Shown here: piece after piece, positions 1 to 10,322 of the stretch | Layout of the letters: each line of letters begins with the position of its first letter | Numbering within the stretch: position 1 is the first letter of the stretch | NCBI GenBank assembly: GCA_963727775.1 | Contig: CAVSHB010000003.1 | Span: forward strand, 416,001-480,000 | Source of the DNA: an uncultured Nitrospiraceae bacterium | GTDB lineage: Bacteria; Nitrospirota; Thermodesulfovibrionia; Thermodesulfovibrionales; SM23-35 | DNA length: 64,000 bases | Direction of reading: 5' to 3' | The notes under the pieces: model-generated | What the model was told of the DNA's origin: nothing | Database searches by the model: none | The model's input: only the letters and a program-made list of their open reading frames with translations | Made by a program: the position numbers and the translations under genes

Positions 1-1569
1 CCATTTCTCGAAATCAAACACTTCCGACCATCCGTCGAGCCTGCACCCGAGAGACCAGGCCTTCTCAATCAACAAGGAAAGCCCCTCATCACCACGGGCG
101 AAGGCGGCCTCCAAAAGGCTCATTTCCACACTATGACCCTTAATATTAAAGCCCCTTTTTATCAGCACATCCCTGAGATACTTCTTCTTTCTTTTCAGCT
201 CGTCGGAAGGGTTTTGCCCATACCATTGAAATGGTGTATGCGCTTTGGGTACAAAAGGAGAAACGCCCACATTGATATTAACAAACCTCTTTGTATACTG
301 TTTTGCGGTTTTGAGAGCTTTTAAAGCCATTCCTGGGATTGCCTCTATGTCCTCCCCGGTTTCGGTCGGCAAACCAATCATGAAATAAAGCTTGAGATTA
401 AGCCATCCTTCTTCGAATAATATCTTGAGTGATCGTTCATAATCCTCTCCGGAGAAGTTTTTATTAATAACTTTTCTAAGTCTTTCGGTACCTGCTTCAG
501 GCGCGATAGTGAAGCCGGTTTTGCGCACAGAGCGTATCTCTTTGAGGAGATCGGCGTTTATCGACGCGACTCTTAAAGACGGCAGTGAAAGCCCGATTTT
601 ATCTTTGGAAAATCGTCTATTAACTCCCTTTACCACCTGTAACAGGCAGCTGTAGTCCCCGGCGCTCAGTGAGGTGAAAGCGATCTCTTCGTAGCCCGTA
701 TTTCTCAGAGCTTTTTCCGCAAGCTCTAAGGCCTTTCCGGCGCTTCTTTCGCGGACCGGTCTGTATATCATGCCGGCCTGACAAAATCTGCAGCCCATAG
801 AGCATCCCCTTGATACCTCAATGTTTATCCTGTCATGGACGATTGCTGTATAAGGAACAATCGGGTTATCCGGATAAGGGGCGTCGTCCAGAGATTTGAT
901 GAAGCGCCGTTGGACCGGCCTGGAACCTGGGGCATGGAGTTTGAAGTTCCCGGATGAATTGTGGACCAGAGGGACATACATCCCTTCAATCTCAGAAAGT
1001 GCGCGGAGGAGCGAACCACGTTTTCCATCTCCGTCGGATTTCCACGCTTGGAATATGTCCAATATCTCTCTTATGACTTCCTCGCCGTCACCAATCAGGA
1101 ATGCATCAATAAAAGGGGACATAGGCGCAGGATTCACAGTGCAAGGGCCCCCGGCAATGACCAGAGGATAACGGCGACCGGATACCGAATTGTCCCTGTC
1201 TTCAGACTTAATGGGGATTCCGCCGAGATCCAGCATGTTAAGGACCGTTGTATATGAAAGTTCATACTGCAGGCTGAAGCCGACAATATCAAAATCTCTT
1301 AATGGAAGATTTGATTCCAAAGACGAGAGCAATGCTCCCCGCGCCTTCATCTCGGCTTCAAGATCGACCCATGGAGAGAACGCCCTTTCTGCAGACGCGA
1401 AAGGAAGGTCGTTAATTATCTTGTAAAGGATTTTGAGTCCCAAATGGGACATCCCGATTTCGTAAATGTCCGGGAAGGCAAGGGCAACTTTCACAGGAGT
1501 TTCCTTGTAAATGGAATTGATCTCTCTGTTTATGTACCTGCTCGGTTTTTGTAAAGAAGATAGATTCAC
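1..1569 (-). CDS. B12-binding radical SAM protein (TIGR03960-like), runs off the window edge
   Basis: Manual translation from GTG at 1569: VNLSSLQKPSRYINREIN...AFPDIYEIGMSHLG...FDIVGFSLQYEL...IAGGPC; the radical SAM CxxxCxxC motif (RGCSMGCRFC) is near 780-810. Not in the ORF track because it is open at the edge. Confidence 0.85.
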   Translation of the reverse strand, partial: MNLSSLQKPSRYINREINSIYKETPVKVALAFPDIYEIGMSHLGLKILYKIINDLPFASAERAFSPWVDLEAEMKARGALLSSLESNLPLRDFDIVGFSLQYELSYTTVLNMLDLGGIPIKSEDRDNSVSGRRYPLVIAGGPCTVNPAPMSPFIDAFLIGDGEEVIREILDIFQAWKSDGDGKRGSLLRALSEIEGMYVPLVHNSSGNFKLHAPGSRPVQRRFIKSLDDAPYPDNPIVPYTAIVHDRINIEVSRGCSMGCRFCQAGMIYRPVRERSAGKALELAEKALRNTGYEEIAFTSLSAGDYSCLLQVVKGVNRRFSKDKIGLSLPSLRVASINADLLKEIRSVRKTGFTIAPEAGTERLRKVINKNFSGEDYERSLKILFEEGWLNLKLYFMIGLPTETGEDIEAIPGMALKALKTAKQYTKRFVNINVGVSPFVPKAHTPFQWYGQNPSDELKRKKKYLRDVLIKRGFNIKGHSVEMSLLEAAFARGDEGLSLLIEKAWSLGCRLDGWSEVFDFEKW

Positions 1570-1729
1570 AGAATAAGGATACCATCTCAAATGGTTATTT
1601 ATCAAGGCATTACAGGCGACCTGCTGCATTATACCGCTTTGTTCTTCAGAGATATCCCGGGTGTCCTGATCAAAGCGAACAAACACACCGGTATGAATGA
1701 ATTCCTGTAACATGCTATAATACACGGCA

Positions 1730-2494
1730 ATGGAAAAAAGGAAGAGTTTCAACATATTTTTAGTTTTTTTAATTCTGTTCATACTTTCATGTTCTACGAA
1801 ACAGACGATCAAACCTTCAGAAAAATATGATCCTGAAAAAGAATTCGCGACTGCCAATGAACAGTTGGATAAGAAAGAATACGACCAGGCAAGGGCAGGC
1901 TTTCTTGAGGTTAAGAACAGGGATACATCGAAAAAATTAGCCCCTTTGGCCCAGCTAAAGATTGCGGATTCCTATGTCAAAGAGGAAGAGTTTGAGCATG
2001 CCGTTTCCGAATATCAAAAGTTCCTCGAAACATATCCCGACAATCAATATGCATCATATGCCCAGTATCAGATCGCGATGGTATATTTTAATCAGATAGA
2101 AGGTCCTGAAAGGGGATATGGGGGGGCGGCTAAGGCCCTCGAAGAATTCGAGAAGCTGAAGAAGATGTTCCCGAGGAATCCATACAAGGATGTTGTGGAA
2201 CTCAGGATCGAAAAATGTAAAAATACGATGGCCGAATATGAATACCTCGTCGGCAGTTTCTATTATAAAAAAGGTTCCTATAGCGCGGCGATTGGAAGGT
2301 TTGAGGGTTTATTGAAAAAGTATCCTGAATACAAAGGAGAGGCCGATGTCCTTTTTCTTACCGGCGTTTCTTATAAGAAACTGGGGCAGAAGGAAAAGGC
2401 CGCGGAGTATCTTGCCCGTCTCATTGAGAAGTATCCCAATAACAAATTCTCTAAAGACGCCAGGAAAGAACTTGCTTCTATTAAACCAAAGTAA
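1730..2494 (+). CDS. bamD: Outer membrane protein assembly lipoprotein BamD
   Basis: Lipobox (ILSC), TPR repeats, AQLKIADSY / FLETYPDNQYASYAQYQIA / YYKKGSYSAAIGRF motifs. Confidence 0.85.
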   Translation: MEKRKSFNIFLVFLILFILSCSTKQTIKPSEKYDPEKEFATANEQLDKKEYDQARAGFLEVKNRDTSKKLAPLAQLKIADSYVKEEEFEHAVSEYQKFLETYPDNQYASYAQYQIAMVYFNQIEGPERGYGGAAKALEEFEKLKKMFPRNPYKDVVELRIEKCKNTMAEYEYLVGSFYYKKGSYSAAIGRFEGLLKKYPEYKGEADVLFLTGVSYKKLGQKEKAAEYLARLIEKYPNNKFSKDARKELASIKPK

Positions 2495-2499
2495 ATCAA

Positions 2500-3165
2500 A
2501 TGCCGGAAAGATCCTTTGCCCCTGAAGTAACCAACGTCTACTATCCTGCATTCCTTAATCTCAAAGGGAAAAAAGTAATTGTTATCGGTGGCGGTAAGGT
2601 TGCGGAAAGAAAAATAGCTGCCTTACTTAAGACCGGTGCGGATGTAACGGTCATCAGCCCTGAAATTACACGAAAGATTGAGAAAGAGAAACAGAGAGCC
2701 GGGCTAAAACATATCCATAGACGGTACAGGAAAGGCGACCTGAAAAACGCATTTCTTGCGATTGCCGCCACTGATTCTCCAGGTGTCAATGACAAAGTAT
2801 CAAAAGATGCTTCCTGTCTTGTTAATGTAGTGGACACCCCTCATTTATGCAATTTCATTGTCCCGTCCGTTATAAAAAGAGGTCCTCTGACCATTGCCAT
2901 ATCAACCAGCGGCGTCAGCCCTGCCCTTTCGAGGTCAATTCGCAAGGAGCTTGAAAAAAGTTTTGGCCCTGAATTTTCAGATTATTTGAAAGCATTGAAG
3001 GCAATTCGTTCCGAAGCAGTCAAAACAATTCTGGATAAAAGACAAAGGGAAGAATTTTTAAAAGCTGTTGCGTCGGAAAAAATGATCCAGATGCTCAGAG
3101 AAAGAGGATTTAAAAAAACAAAAAAGGTTGCAACCGATTTATTCAGAAAAAAGAGGGCCACTTAA
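2500..3165 (+). CDS. Precorrin-2 dehydrogenase / sirohydrochlorin ferrochelatase (CysG N-terminal/SirC type)
   Basis: YYPAFLNLKGKKVIVIGGGKVAERK, VNVVDTPHLCNFIVPS, AISTSGVSPALS. Confidence 0.9.
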   Translation: MPERSFAPEVTNVYYPAFLNLKGKKVIVIGGGKVAERKIAALLKTGADVTVISPEITRKIEKEKQRAGLKHIHRRYRKGDLKNAFLAIAATDSPGVNDKVSKDASCLVNVVDTPHLCNFIVPSVIKRGPLTIAISTSGVSPALSRSIRKELEKSFGPEFSDYLKALKAIRSEAVKTILDKRQREEFLKAVASEKMIQMLRERGFKKTKKVATDLFRKKRAT

Positions 3166-3225
3166 TTCTCCATAAGCATTGCATTTGATATGGCTTAAAC
3201 AGTACAAGTATGGTAATATTTTGAA

Positions 3226-4119
3226 ATGGATATCCATCAGCTTAAAGTATTTGTCTCGGTTTTCAAGAACAAAAGCTTTTCAAGGGCCTCTGAAGAGATT
3301 CACCTTACACAGCCGACCATAAGCAATCATATTAAGGCGTTGGAAGCTGAGTTTGATTGCAAGCTGTTCGACAGGCTCGGCAGGACTATTATCCCAACAA
3401 AAGAGGCCGAGGTTTTATATAGCCATTCGATTGAACTCATCGAAAAAGCCAATGCCTTAAGAGAGACCATAGGGCAGTTTAAAAAGGACCTGTCAGGGAA
3501 GATAGTCATCGGTGCAAGCACAATCCCTGGAGTTTATTTAATGCCCCGTATTATGACGGAATTCCAAAAAAAATATCCTTCGCTTTCCTTTCAGATTCTT
3601 ATATCCGACTCCACGGGAATTACTGACAGCGTATCAAAGCACGAATTGCTTCTGGGTATTGTCGGCGCAAAACTTACCAATGAACAGCTAAACTACATAC
3701 CCTTTGTTGAGGATGAACTCATTGCCGTGTCATCGCCGGGATTAGGAAAGAATAATATAATGACGCTCAAAGAATTAATAACATTGCCTATGGTTTTACG
3801 TGAAGAAGGCTCGGGTACCCGGAAGGTGGCCGAAAAATTCCTGGAAAGCAAAGGGATCTCCCTCGATAATATTAAGATTGCCGGTATCTTCGGTTCTACT
3901 GATGCAGTAAAACAGGCAGTAAAAGCCGGTCTGGGGGTTTCTATCCTGTCGAAGTTTTCTGTGGCTGATGAGTTGGAACACAAGATCCTTAAAGAGATAA
4001 AACTTTCCGATATCCAGATGAAAAGAAGGTTCTACATAGTGACCCATAAGAAAAGGACTTTGCCCCGTGCCTACGATACTTTTCTGAAGTACATCATGTC
4101 TGAAACGAAGAACCTGTGA
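3226..4119 (+). CDS. LysR family transcriptional regulator (CysL/selenium-metabolism-associated type)
   Basis: N-terminal LysR HTH (SFSRASEEIHLTQPTISNHIKALE); GASTIPG and LREEGSGTR motifs. Confidence 0.9.
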   Translation: MDIHQLKVFVSVFKNKSFSRASEEIHLTQPTISNHIKALEAEFDCKLFDRLGRTIIPTKEAEVLYSHSIELIEKANALRETIGQFKKDLSGKIVIGASTIPGVYLMPRIMTEFQKKYPSLSFQILISDSTGITDSVSKHELLLGIVGAKLTNEQLNYIPFVEDELIAVSSPGLGKNNIMTLKELITLPMVLREEGSGTRKVAEKFLESKGISLDNIKIAGIFGSTDAVKQAVKAGLGVSILSKFSVADELEHKILKEIKLSDIQMKRRFYIVTHKKRTLPRAYDTFLKYIMSETKNL

Positions 4120-4179
4120 TGAGTTCCATCAATTTATAGTTTCCAAAGGGAATACGGAAAGCCTCTCATAGAGAAATAG

Positions 4180-6990
4180 CTATTTCATCTGATTAAGGGT
4201 CCTGCCGAGTTCTTCGAGGGCCTTTCCTGCTTCTTCGTACTTCCCTCTGCCCATGAGATTACGGTAGTTTTCGAAGGCCTTTGCCGCAGCGGCAGCGAGG
4301 TCTTTTCTTTCCGCTTTCTTTTCCTCTTTTGTTGCTGATGGTTTTGGTGTGGTGTAGCTTGCAGAACCCGCTATCTGCGGGAAGAATTTGCCGAGGGCCT
4401 CTTCAAAGGACGCGCCGTAGGCAAGCTGGTCGCCAAACACCACCACGACCCTTCTCAATTCAGGCATTTTCCCTACGGCTGCCTGGATATAAATAGGCTG
4501 TACGTACATGATGCGGTATCCGGACAATGGCACTGCGAGGAGGTTTCCGAACCTTACCTGGCTTCCTTGCTGGTTCCAGAGAGTGAGGTCCTTGCTTATA
4601 GTCTCGTCCTGATTAATGCGGATGCCGATCTGGAGCGGGCCATAGACCTGGCGGTCTTTAGGGAATTTGAAGAGCATCAGCTTTCCGTATTTATCGCCAT
4701 CGCACCGCGCCATGATCATGGATACCATGTTGTTCCTCGGACTATTCTTGTCAGTGCTGTAAGGGGAGAACGGGAGCGTAAGGACAAATTCCTCCTTGTC
4801 GGAATCGGGCAGTTTGGAAATCAGGTAATAAGGTGTGATGGGCTGCGCTTCCTCCGTCATTTTTGCGACCTTAGACACTTCCCAGGCGTCCTCGCGGTTA
4901 TAGAAAACGCCGGGGTCTGCCATGTGATAGATCGCATAAATGTGGCTCTGAATAGTGAGCAGGTCCTCGGGGTATCTCACGTGCGTCTTCAGTGATTCAG
5001 GCATGGCGTCAAAAGGTTTAAACATGGCCGGGAAGGCCTTTGCATAAGCCTGGATAACCGGATCGGTTTTATCGGCAACGTAGAAGTCCACCGAACCTTC
5101 ATAGGCATCCACCACTACCTTCACGCTGTTTCGTATATAGTTTGCATTTCCCATGGTAGGTTGGGAATAAGGATAGGTCGCTGCAGTCGTATAAGCGTCC
5201 CAGATAAAATAGATCTTTCCTTCGGCTATTACATGGTACACATCGCTATCGAAGGAGAGAAAAGGTGCGATCATTCGCACCCTGCGATTGATGTCCCGCG
5301 TGAAAAGAATGCGGCTTTCGGAAGTGAGTTCCTGGGTAGTGAAGAGCCTCAGTCCGTCGAAACGGATAGCGACGGCGAGTTTCTTCAGGAAGTTGTCGAT
5401 CTTAACGCCTGCTTTCCCTCCATAGGTATTCTGCGCGTTGGTGTCGCCTTTCGGAAAATCGAATTCTTTCAGCATGGTCTTGACGTAGACATGGTTGTAT
5501 GTCTCTTCGCCGAAGTAGATGCGCGGCTGGTCTATCTTAAGTTCGGGATAAGAGGCGACCGGCGGGATGTCCTTGATGTAGTATTCGGGCAGCCCTTCAT
5601 GAGTGAACTTGTTTACGGGAGCAGCGACATCTCCATAGCCATGTGTATATATCATTGTCTCATTCTGAAATGTCCTTGACTGGGCCGCGAGGCGTCCGAT
5701 ATTCAGCTCGCGCAGGGACAGCATGAGCTGGGTCAGTTTTCCGTTGATTATGTAGCGGTCGACGTCCACATCAGGGAAATTGTAGTAAAGGCGTATGAAC
5801 TGCGTCTGGTCGTTCACCGATTTGAGGATATCCGGCGCCCATAGTCGTATGCCGCCGATGATAGCCAGATCGCTTTGGGCGAGGACCCCGGTGGGCGACG
5901 GGTTGATGGGATAATCTATCTCGGTCACGTTCGTGAGTCCGTACGCTTCTTTTGTGAAATTGATGTTTCGTTCGAGGTATGGCTTTTCGAGCGGGAGCTC
6001 GTTCGGCGCGACCCTGAAGTGCTGGATTATCTCGGGGATTACCTTAAAACCGATAATCCATATCCCTCCGAGCAGAAGCGCACTTGCGAAATAGATCCCT
6101 ACGGTCCGTCTGGTGGAACTCGTGAACGATGCGTAGAGGAACAGAATGAGGCACCCTGTTAGAGCCGCGAGAGCAACAGTATAAGCAGGCAGCTGCGCGT
6201 GCAGGTCCGTCCAGCCCGCCCCGAATACAACGCCGCGATGGGAATAGAGGAGTTCATAGCGCGCGATAAAAGTGCCGGCGATAAAGACGAAGGTGCCGAA
6301 GAAGAAATTTGCGGAGATCTGTGTGACGAGACGGTGGATATAAGAGTTCCGGTCAAGGGTGTCCAGGTTAAATCCCTGGAATGTACGAAGGAGGGTATTC
6401 TCGACTGCATAGAGGCCGCCGACGAGAAAAAGAGAAAAGGAGAAGAGGCTGCCGAGCGAATCGACAATGAACTTCAAAAAGGGGAGCCTGAATATGTAGA
6501 ACCCTATATCTTTGAAAAATACAGGGTCTTCTTTTCCGAAGGGTACCGCGTTGAAGAAAAGGAGCGCCTCGTCCCAGTGTGCGGAGCTGATCGTGCCGGC
6601 AACAATAAACAATGGTATCTGGATGAGAAGGCCGGCGAAGAGTATGAACCTGGAGCGGTTATCTTTTACGGGCCATGGCCCTGTCTGTTTTTTTACACCG
6701 TGGTACCAGAAAAAGACATTTGCCAGGCCGAAGGGTATCGCGACAAATCCGCCGGCCAGAAAGAGCTTCGCCTGGAGAAACAGCACGCTCCAGTAGCGGC
6801 TTGCGTATCCAAGATTGTCAAACCAGAGCGATGTAAGGTAGACCTCACTGCCGATGTAGATGCCGGAAAGCACTACGACTCCGAGCAGTGCGAATGTGCC
6901 GGCTTTCTTGTAACGCCTTTGCTTCAGGTTGCGTAAGGCGGGTAGAAAGAAGATAAGGCCTATGAAAAGAAATATAAGAAAATTGAGCAT
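4180..6990 (-). CDS. UPF0182 family membrane protein
   Basis: 936 aa with N-terminal TM helices; DPVFFKDIGFYIF, YTHGYG, NYIRNSVKVVVDAYEG, FYNREDAW motifs. Confidence 0.9.
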   Translation of the reverse strand: MLNFLIFLFIGLIFFLPALRNLKQRRYKKAGTFALLGVVVLSGIYIGSEVYLTSLWFDNLGYASRYWSVLFLQAKLFLAGGFVAIPFGLANVFFWYHGVKKQTGPWPVKDNRSRFILFAGLLIQIPLFIVAGTISSAHWDEALLFFNAVPFGKEDPVFFKDIGFYIFRLPFLKFIVDSLGSLFSFSLFLVGGLYAVENTLLRTFQGFNLDTLDRNSYIHRLVTQISANFFFGTFVFIAGTFIARYELLYSHRGVVFGAGWTDLHAQLPAYTVALAALTGCLILFLYASFTSSTRRTVGIYFASALLLGGIWIIGFKVIPEIIQHFRVAPNELPLEKPYLERNINFTKEAYGLTNVTEIDYPINPSPTGVLAQSDLAIIGGIRLWAPDILKSVNDQTQFIRLYYNFPDVDVDRYIINGKLTQLMLSLRELNIGRLAAQSRTFQNETMIYTHGYGDVAAPVNKFTHEGLPEYYIKDIPPVASYPELKIDQPRIYFGEETYNHVYVKTMLKEFDFPKGDTNAQNTYGGKAGVKIDNFLKKLAVAIRFDGLRLFTTQELTSESRILFTRDINRRVRMIAPFLSFDSDVYHVIAEGKIYFIWDAYTTAATYPYSQPTMGNANYIRNSVKVVVDAYEGSVDFYVADKTDPVIQAYAKAFPAMFKPFDAMPESLKTHVRYPEDLLTIQSHIYAIYHMADPGVFYNREDAWEVSKVAKMTEEAQPITPYYLISKLPDSDKEEFVLTLPFSPYSTDKNSPRNNMVSMIMARCDGDKYGKLMLFKFPKDRQVYGPLQIGIRINQDETISKDLTLWNQQGSQVRFGNLLAVPLSGYRIMYVQPIYIQAAVGKMPELRRVVVVFGDQLAYGASFEEALGKFFPQIAGSASYTTPKPSATKEEKKAERKDLAAAAAKAFENYRNLMGRGKYEEAGKALEELGRTLNQMK

Positions 6991-7271
6991 GGGGTCTCCT
7001 TTTAAGAGATTATAATCGATAACTTAGCATAGACCTAAGCTATTCCTGCAGTCAATGGCCGTTTGACACAAACTGCATTTCTTGTGAGGATACGTGAACC
7101 GGATATGCAGGAAAATTGTGTTGCTTCCGAGCGCTGTTGCAGGCCGTATTAGAGAGGCATTTCTGCTTCAGCCCCATTACTCTCCAGCGGCCCTCCTACT
7201 CGTAATTAATGACTCTCTGTTTTGAATCTTATCAATTTGTGTGATAATGTGTATACATTTACAGGTTTATT

Positions 7272-7739
7272 ATGGAGATATATCAATTAATAAAAGGATG
7301 TCTCGTTGTCGAGCTCGCTGTTGCCTCTATTTACAGCAGTCTCATGCACTTATTTCCTCAAGAAAAGGATTTTTGGGGCGACCTTTATAAAGATGAAAAA
7401 AGACATATATCCTTTTTGATCGAAGCTGCTGATAGCGGAAGATTTGATGAAATGCATACAGCAGATTTAGGATTTTCAATGCCTCTGTTAGATAGGACTG
7501 AAAAATTTATTGCGAACATAAATAACCACATTGGGAATAATCCTGTTTCGCTTGAAGAAGCGTTAAATATGGCTTTTCAAATTGAAGAGACCAAAGTGGA
7601 AGCTTTTACCAACGAGTTAATAGCTAATTTATCAGCTGCTGATAGCAAAGCATTTCTTCAACTACTGATGGAGGAAAAAACTCATATTGCCAAAATAAAA
7701 AATATGATGATCGAGAAAGGGTTCTTAAAATTATCGTAG
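7272..7739 (+). CDS. Ferritin-like (rubrerythrin-type) helical protein
   Basis: Two ExxH-type motifs (DEKRH, EEKTH) in a four-helix pattern. Confidence 0.6.
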   Translation: MEIYQLIKGCLVVELAVASIYSSLMHLFPQEKDFWGDLYKDEKRHISFLIEAADSGRFDEMHTADLGFSMPLLDRTEKFIANINNHIGNNPVSLEEALNMAFQIEETKVEAFTNELIANLSAADSKAFLQLLMEEKTHIAKIKNMMIEKGFLKLS

Positions 7740-7806
7740 CTTTTCAGAGATAAACTTTTTAATATTCCTTAATCGATGAAGATTACTTATTGTATATATA
7801 ACAACT

Positions 7807-7977
7807 ATGTCTAAGAAACCTAACGGGAAATTAGATAAACCAGAAACCGATATCAACAAGATATGGTGTCCCGACAGGGAAGCGTTTCACTACGTAGAGG
7901 CTTGCGAGAAAAACTGTAAAAAGAAAGACAGATGTACGGCTTATAGAAATTATCTTGAGCCGGGCTTATTCTCATAA
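7807..7977 (+). CDS. Small Cys-containing hypothetical protein (56 aa)
   Basis: Manual ORF below the track cutoff: MSKKPNGKLDKPETDINKIWCPDREAFHYVEACEKNCKKKDRCTAYRNYLEPGLFS; fills the intergenic gap. Confidence 0.55.
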   Translation: MSKKPNGKLDKPETDINKIWCPDREAFHYVEACEKNCKKKDRCTAYRNYLEPGLFS

Positions 7978-7994
7978 ACTATAGGAGGATTGTC

Positions 7995-8702
7995 ATGAAG
8001 AAAATATCATTTACAGCCACAGCCCTGGCCGCAGCCCTGGTGTCGTCCATTTTACTGACCTGTGCCACTTCAACATTTGCTGCAGAGCTTAAGCCAATCC
8101 AGCTCTTGAAACCGCAAACAGACGGCGGCAGACCCTTAATGCAGGTTTTAAAGGACAGAAGTTCTTCTCGTTCATTCGGGAAAGAGAAACTTTCTATGCA
8201 GGCACTTTCAAATCTTCTCTGGGCAGCCTTCGGGATGAACCGGACAGACACAGGGAAGCGCACTGCGCCTTCTGCGATGAACCGGCAGGAAATCGATATC
8301 TACGTTGCCATGGCTGAGGGCCTTTACTTATATGATGCGAAGACCCATTCGTTGCTTCCGATTCTCTCAGAAGACATCCGGGCTTTGACGGGCAGCCAGG
8401 ACTTTGTGAAAGATGCGCCTGTTAACCTCATCTATGTGGCGGATTATTCGAAGATGGGTTCTGCAACTAAGGAGGATAAAGATTTATATTCAGCTGCTGA
8501 TACGGGCTTTGTTAGCGAGAATGTTTATATGTATTGTGCTTCCGAAGGATTGGCAACTGTCGTACGCGCATCAATTGACAGGCAAGCCTTAGCAAAGGTG
8601 ATGAAGCTGCGCCCGGATCAGAAAATTGTCCTTGCACAATCGGTGGGATATCCGAAATTAATAGCCAAGCTCTCCGGGTATCACGACAGCGATACTAAAT
8701 AA
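7995..8702 (+). CDS. Nitroreductase family protein (SagB/ThcOx-like) with signal peptide
   Basis: RSSSRSF, LLWAAFG, RTAPSAMN, SENVYMYCASEGLATV; AGGAGG RBS. Confidence 0.85.
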   Translation: MKKISFTATALAAALVSSILLTCATSTFAAELKPIQLLKPQTDGGRPLMQVLKDRSSSRSFGKEKLSMQALSNLLWAAFGMNRTDTGKRTAPSAMNRQEIDIYVAMAEGLYLYDAKTHSLLPILSEDIRALTGSQDFVKDAPVNLIYVADYSKMGSATKEDKDLYSAADTGFVSENVYMYCASEGLATVVRASIDRQALAKVMKLRPDQKIVLAQSVGYPKLIAKLSGYHDSDTK

Positions 8703-8708
8703 AAGCCT

Positions 8709-9671
8709 CTAAACAGTAAGGCCGCATGCTTCAATAAGACGGAGGTCGTCTGCGGGACTTCTGCCGAGAGTGGTCAGGTAATTGCCGGTGATCATGCCGT
8801 CAGCCCCTGCCATAAATACCAGAGAATGAAAATCACCGAGAATCTGCAGCCTCCCGCCGCAGACTCGGATTTCTTTCTGTGGGAGGATGTGTCTGTAGAG
8901 GCTGATAATGTTCAAGCCTTCAAAAGGGTGTAGTACCCCTCTGATATCCAAGGGTGTGCCTTTGATCGGAACAAGAAAATTTACAGGGATAGAATCGACA
9001 TCGAGTTCCTTCAGAGAAAAGGCCATATCAATTCTGTCCTGCCATGTCTCTCCCATGCCGAAGATTCCACCGGAACATACTGATAGACCTGCAGACCTGG
9101 CTGCCTCTATAGTTTTGATTTTGTCGGTATAACTATGTGTTGTACATATCCTGCGGAAGAAAGCTTCAGAAGTTTCAAGGTTATGATGGTAACGTTCAAG
9201 CCCTGCTGACTTAAGTATGGAGAGCTCATTTTCATTAAGCAATCCGAGGCTTGCGCAGGGGACAAGGCCGATCTTTCTGATCTCTGATATCATATCGGCA
9301 ATGTCTGCCAAGGTTTTTCCGGAAACCTTTCTACCGCTTGTAACAATGGAAAATCTTTTTATCCCTGATTGTTTCGCATCAATTGCTTTTTGAATAACAA
9401 CCTCTCTATCGAGCAAGGGATAAATATCTATCTCCGCCTTACTCCGTGACGATTGGGCACAAAAAGAACAGTCCTCCGGGCAGGCGCCTGATTTTGCGTT
9501 GACGATAGAACATAAGCCTACAGCATTTCCCCTGTAACGCTCTCGTATTTTATTTGCAGATGCAAAGAGAGAAAAAATGTCGGGTCCTGATATTTTTGAA
9601 ATAAAAAGGGCGTCGCTTTTTGAAAGGGTTTTGCGTTCTGCTATCTTCTCGTTTAGACGGTTAATGTCCAC
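8709..9671 (-). CDS. bioB: Biotin synthase
   Basis: NAKSGACPEDCSFCAQS, YHHNLETS, CSGGIFGMGE, GNYLTT. Confidence 0.95.
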   Translation of the reverse strand: MDINRLNEKIAERKTLSKSDALFISKISGPDIFSLFASANKIRERYRGNAVGLCSIVNAKSGACPEDCSFCAQSSRSKAEIDIYPLLDREVVIQKAIDAKQSGIKRFSIVTSGRKVSGKTLADIADMISEIRKIGLVPCASLGLLNENELSILKSAGLERYHHNLETSEAFFRRICTTHSYTDKIKTIEAARSAGLSVCSGGIFGMGETWQDRIDMAFSLKELDVDSIPVNFLVPIKGTPLDIRGVLHPFEGLNIISLYRHILPQKEIRVCGGRLQILGDFHSLVFMAGADGMITGNYLTTLGRSPADDLRLIEACGLTV

Positions 9672-10251
9672 CGCCTGCTCCAGCGTCGCCTCCGGGAATC
9701 TTCATTTTTTCAAGTTCCGGAACGAGCCTTATTGTTATCTTAACCTTACCTTTCTCTTTAAGCCAGTAATGAACATCCAACACATCGCTGACAGCATATG
9801 TAGTGGGCAGGTAAAGGGGCCTGACCTCATAACCAACTATATTTCCTTTATGATCAGTGATCTTACTAAGCTGCGTCCTCCAGAAGGAATTATGAAAGTT
9901 GACGAACTTCTCTGCCCGTTTCAATGCTTCTTGTGCAGGTACTCCCTTAATGATTCTGAAATCAAAATCGGGTGCAAAAGGCTCAAATGTATACTGGTCC
10001 CCTTCATAATCAAGAAAGGCAATAGTTTCTAAGTCATCTGAATAACCTCCACCATAAAGTATTAGAGTGAAGGTACCGGTGACCTCAGATGCTTTCGCGG
10101 CTTCTGTCTTTAACGGTTTTTCAAAGGCGAAAGCATAAGGCAGTGACAAAATGAGAACCGTAGCGGATAGGACGACTGTTAAAGCATAACGCAATATCTT
10201 ATTGTGTAAAAGTTTCATAGTGACCTCCCTATTCCCCTGTAGTATGTGCAT
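9661..10251 (-). CDS. Hypothetical exported protein
   Basis: Signal-peptide-like N-terminus; overlaps the bioB start, so probably co-transcribed; true start likely the ATG at MKLLH. Confidence 0.6.
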   Translation of the reverse strand: MHILQGNREVTMKLLHNKILRYALTVVLSATVLILSLPYAFAFEKPLKTEAAKASEVTGTFTLILYGGGYSDDLETIAFLDYEGDQYTFEPFAPDFDFRIIKGVPAQEALKRAEKFVNFHNSFWRTQLSKITDHKGNIVGYEVRPLYLPTTYAVSDVLDVHYWLKEKGKVKITIRLVPELEKMKIPGGDAGAGGGH

Positions 10252-10322
10252 TTAAATAAACATAGCATCAATATTAATAGTTTGTAAATGAAGGCTTTTT
10301 CAAAGTCGTGATATAATTTTCT

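Noticed and set aside
4281..6936. Long plus-strand ORFs (e.g. 6199-6936, 5161-5679, 4567-4995)
   Set aside because: Antisense shadows of the UPF0182 gene with no protein motifs
7020..7260. GC-richer intergenic stretch, possible ncRNA or riboswitch
   Set aside because: No recognisable family motif or convincing stem pattern by eye; needs an Rfam scan
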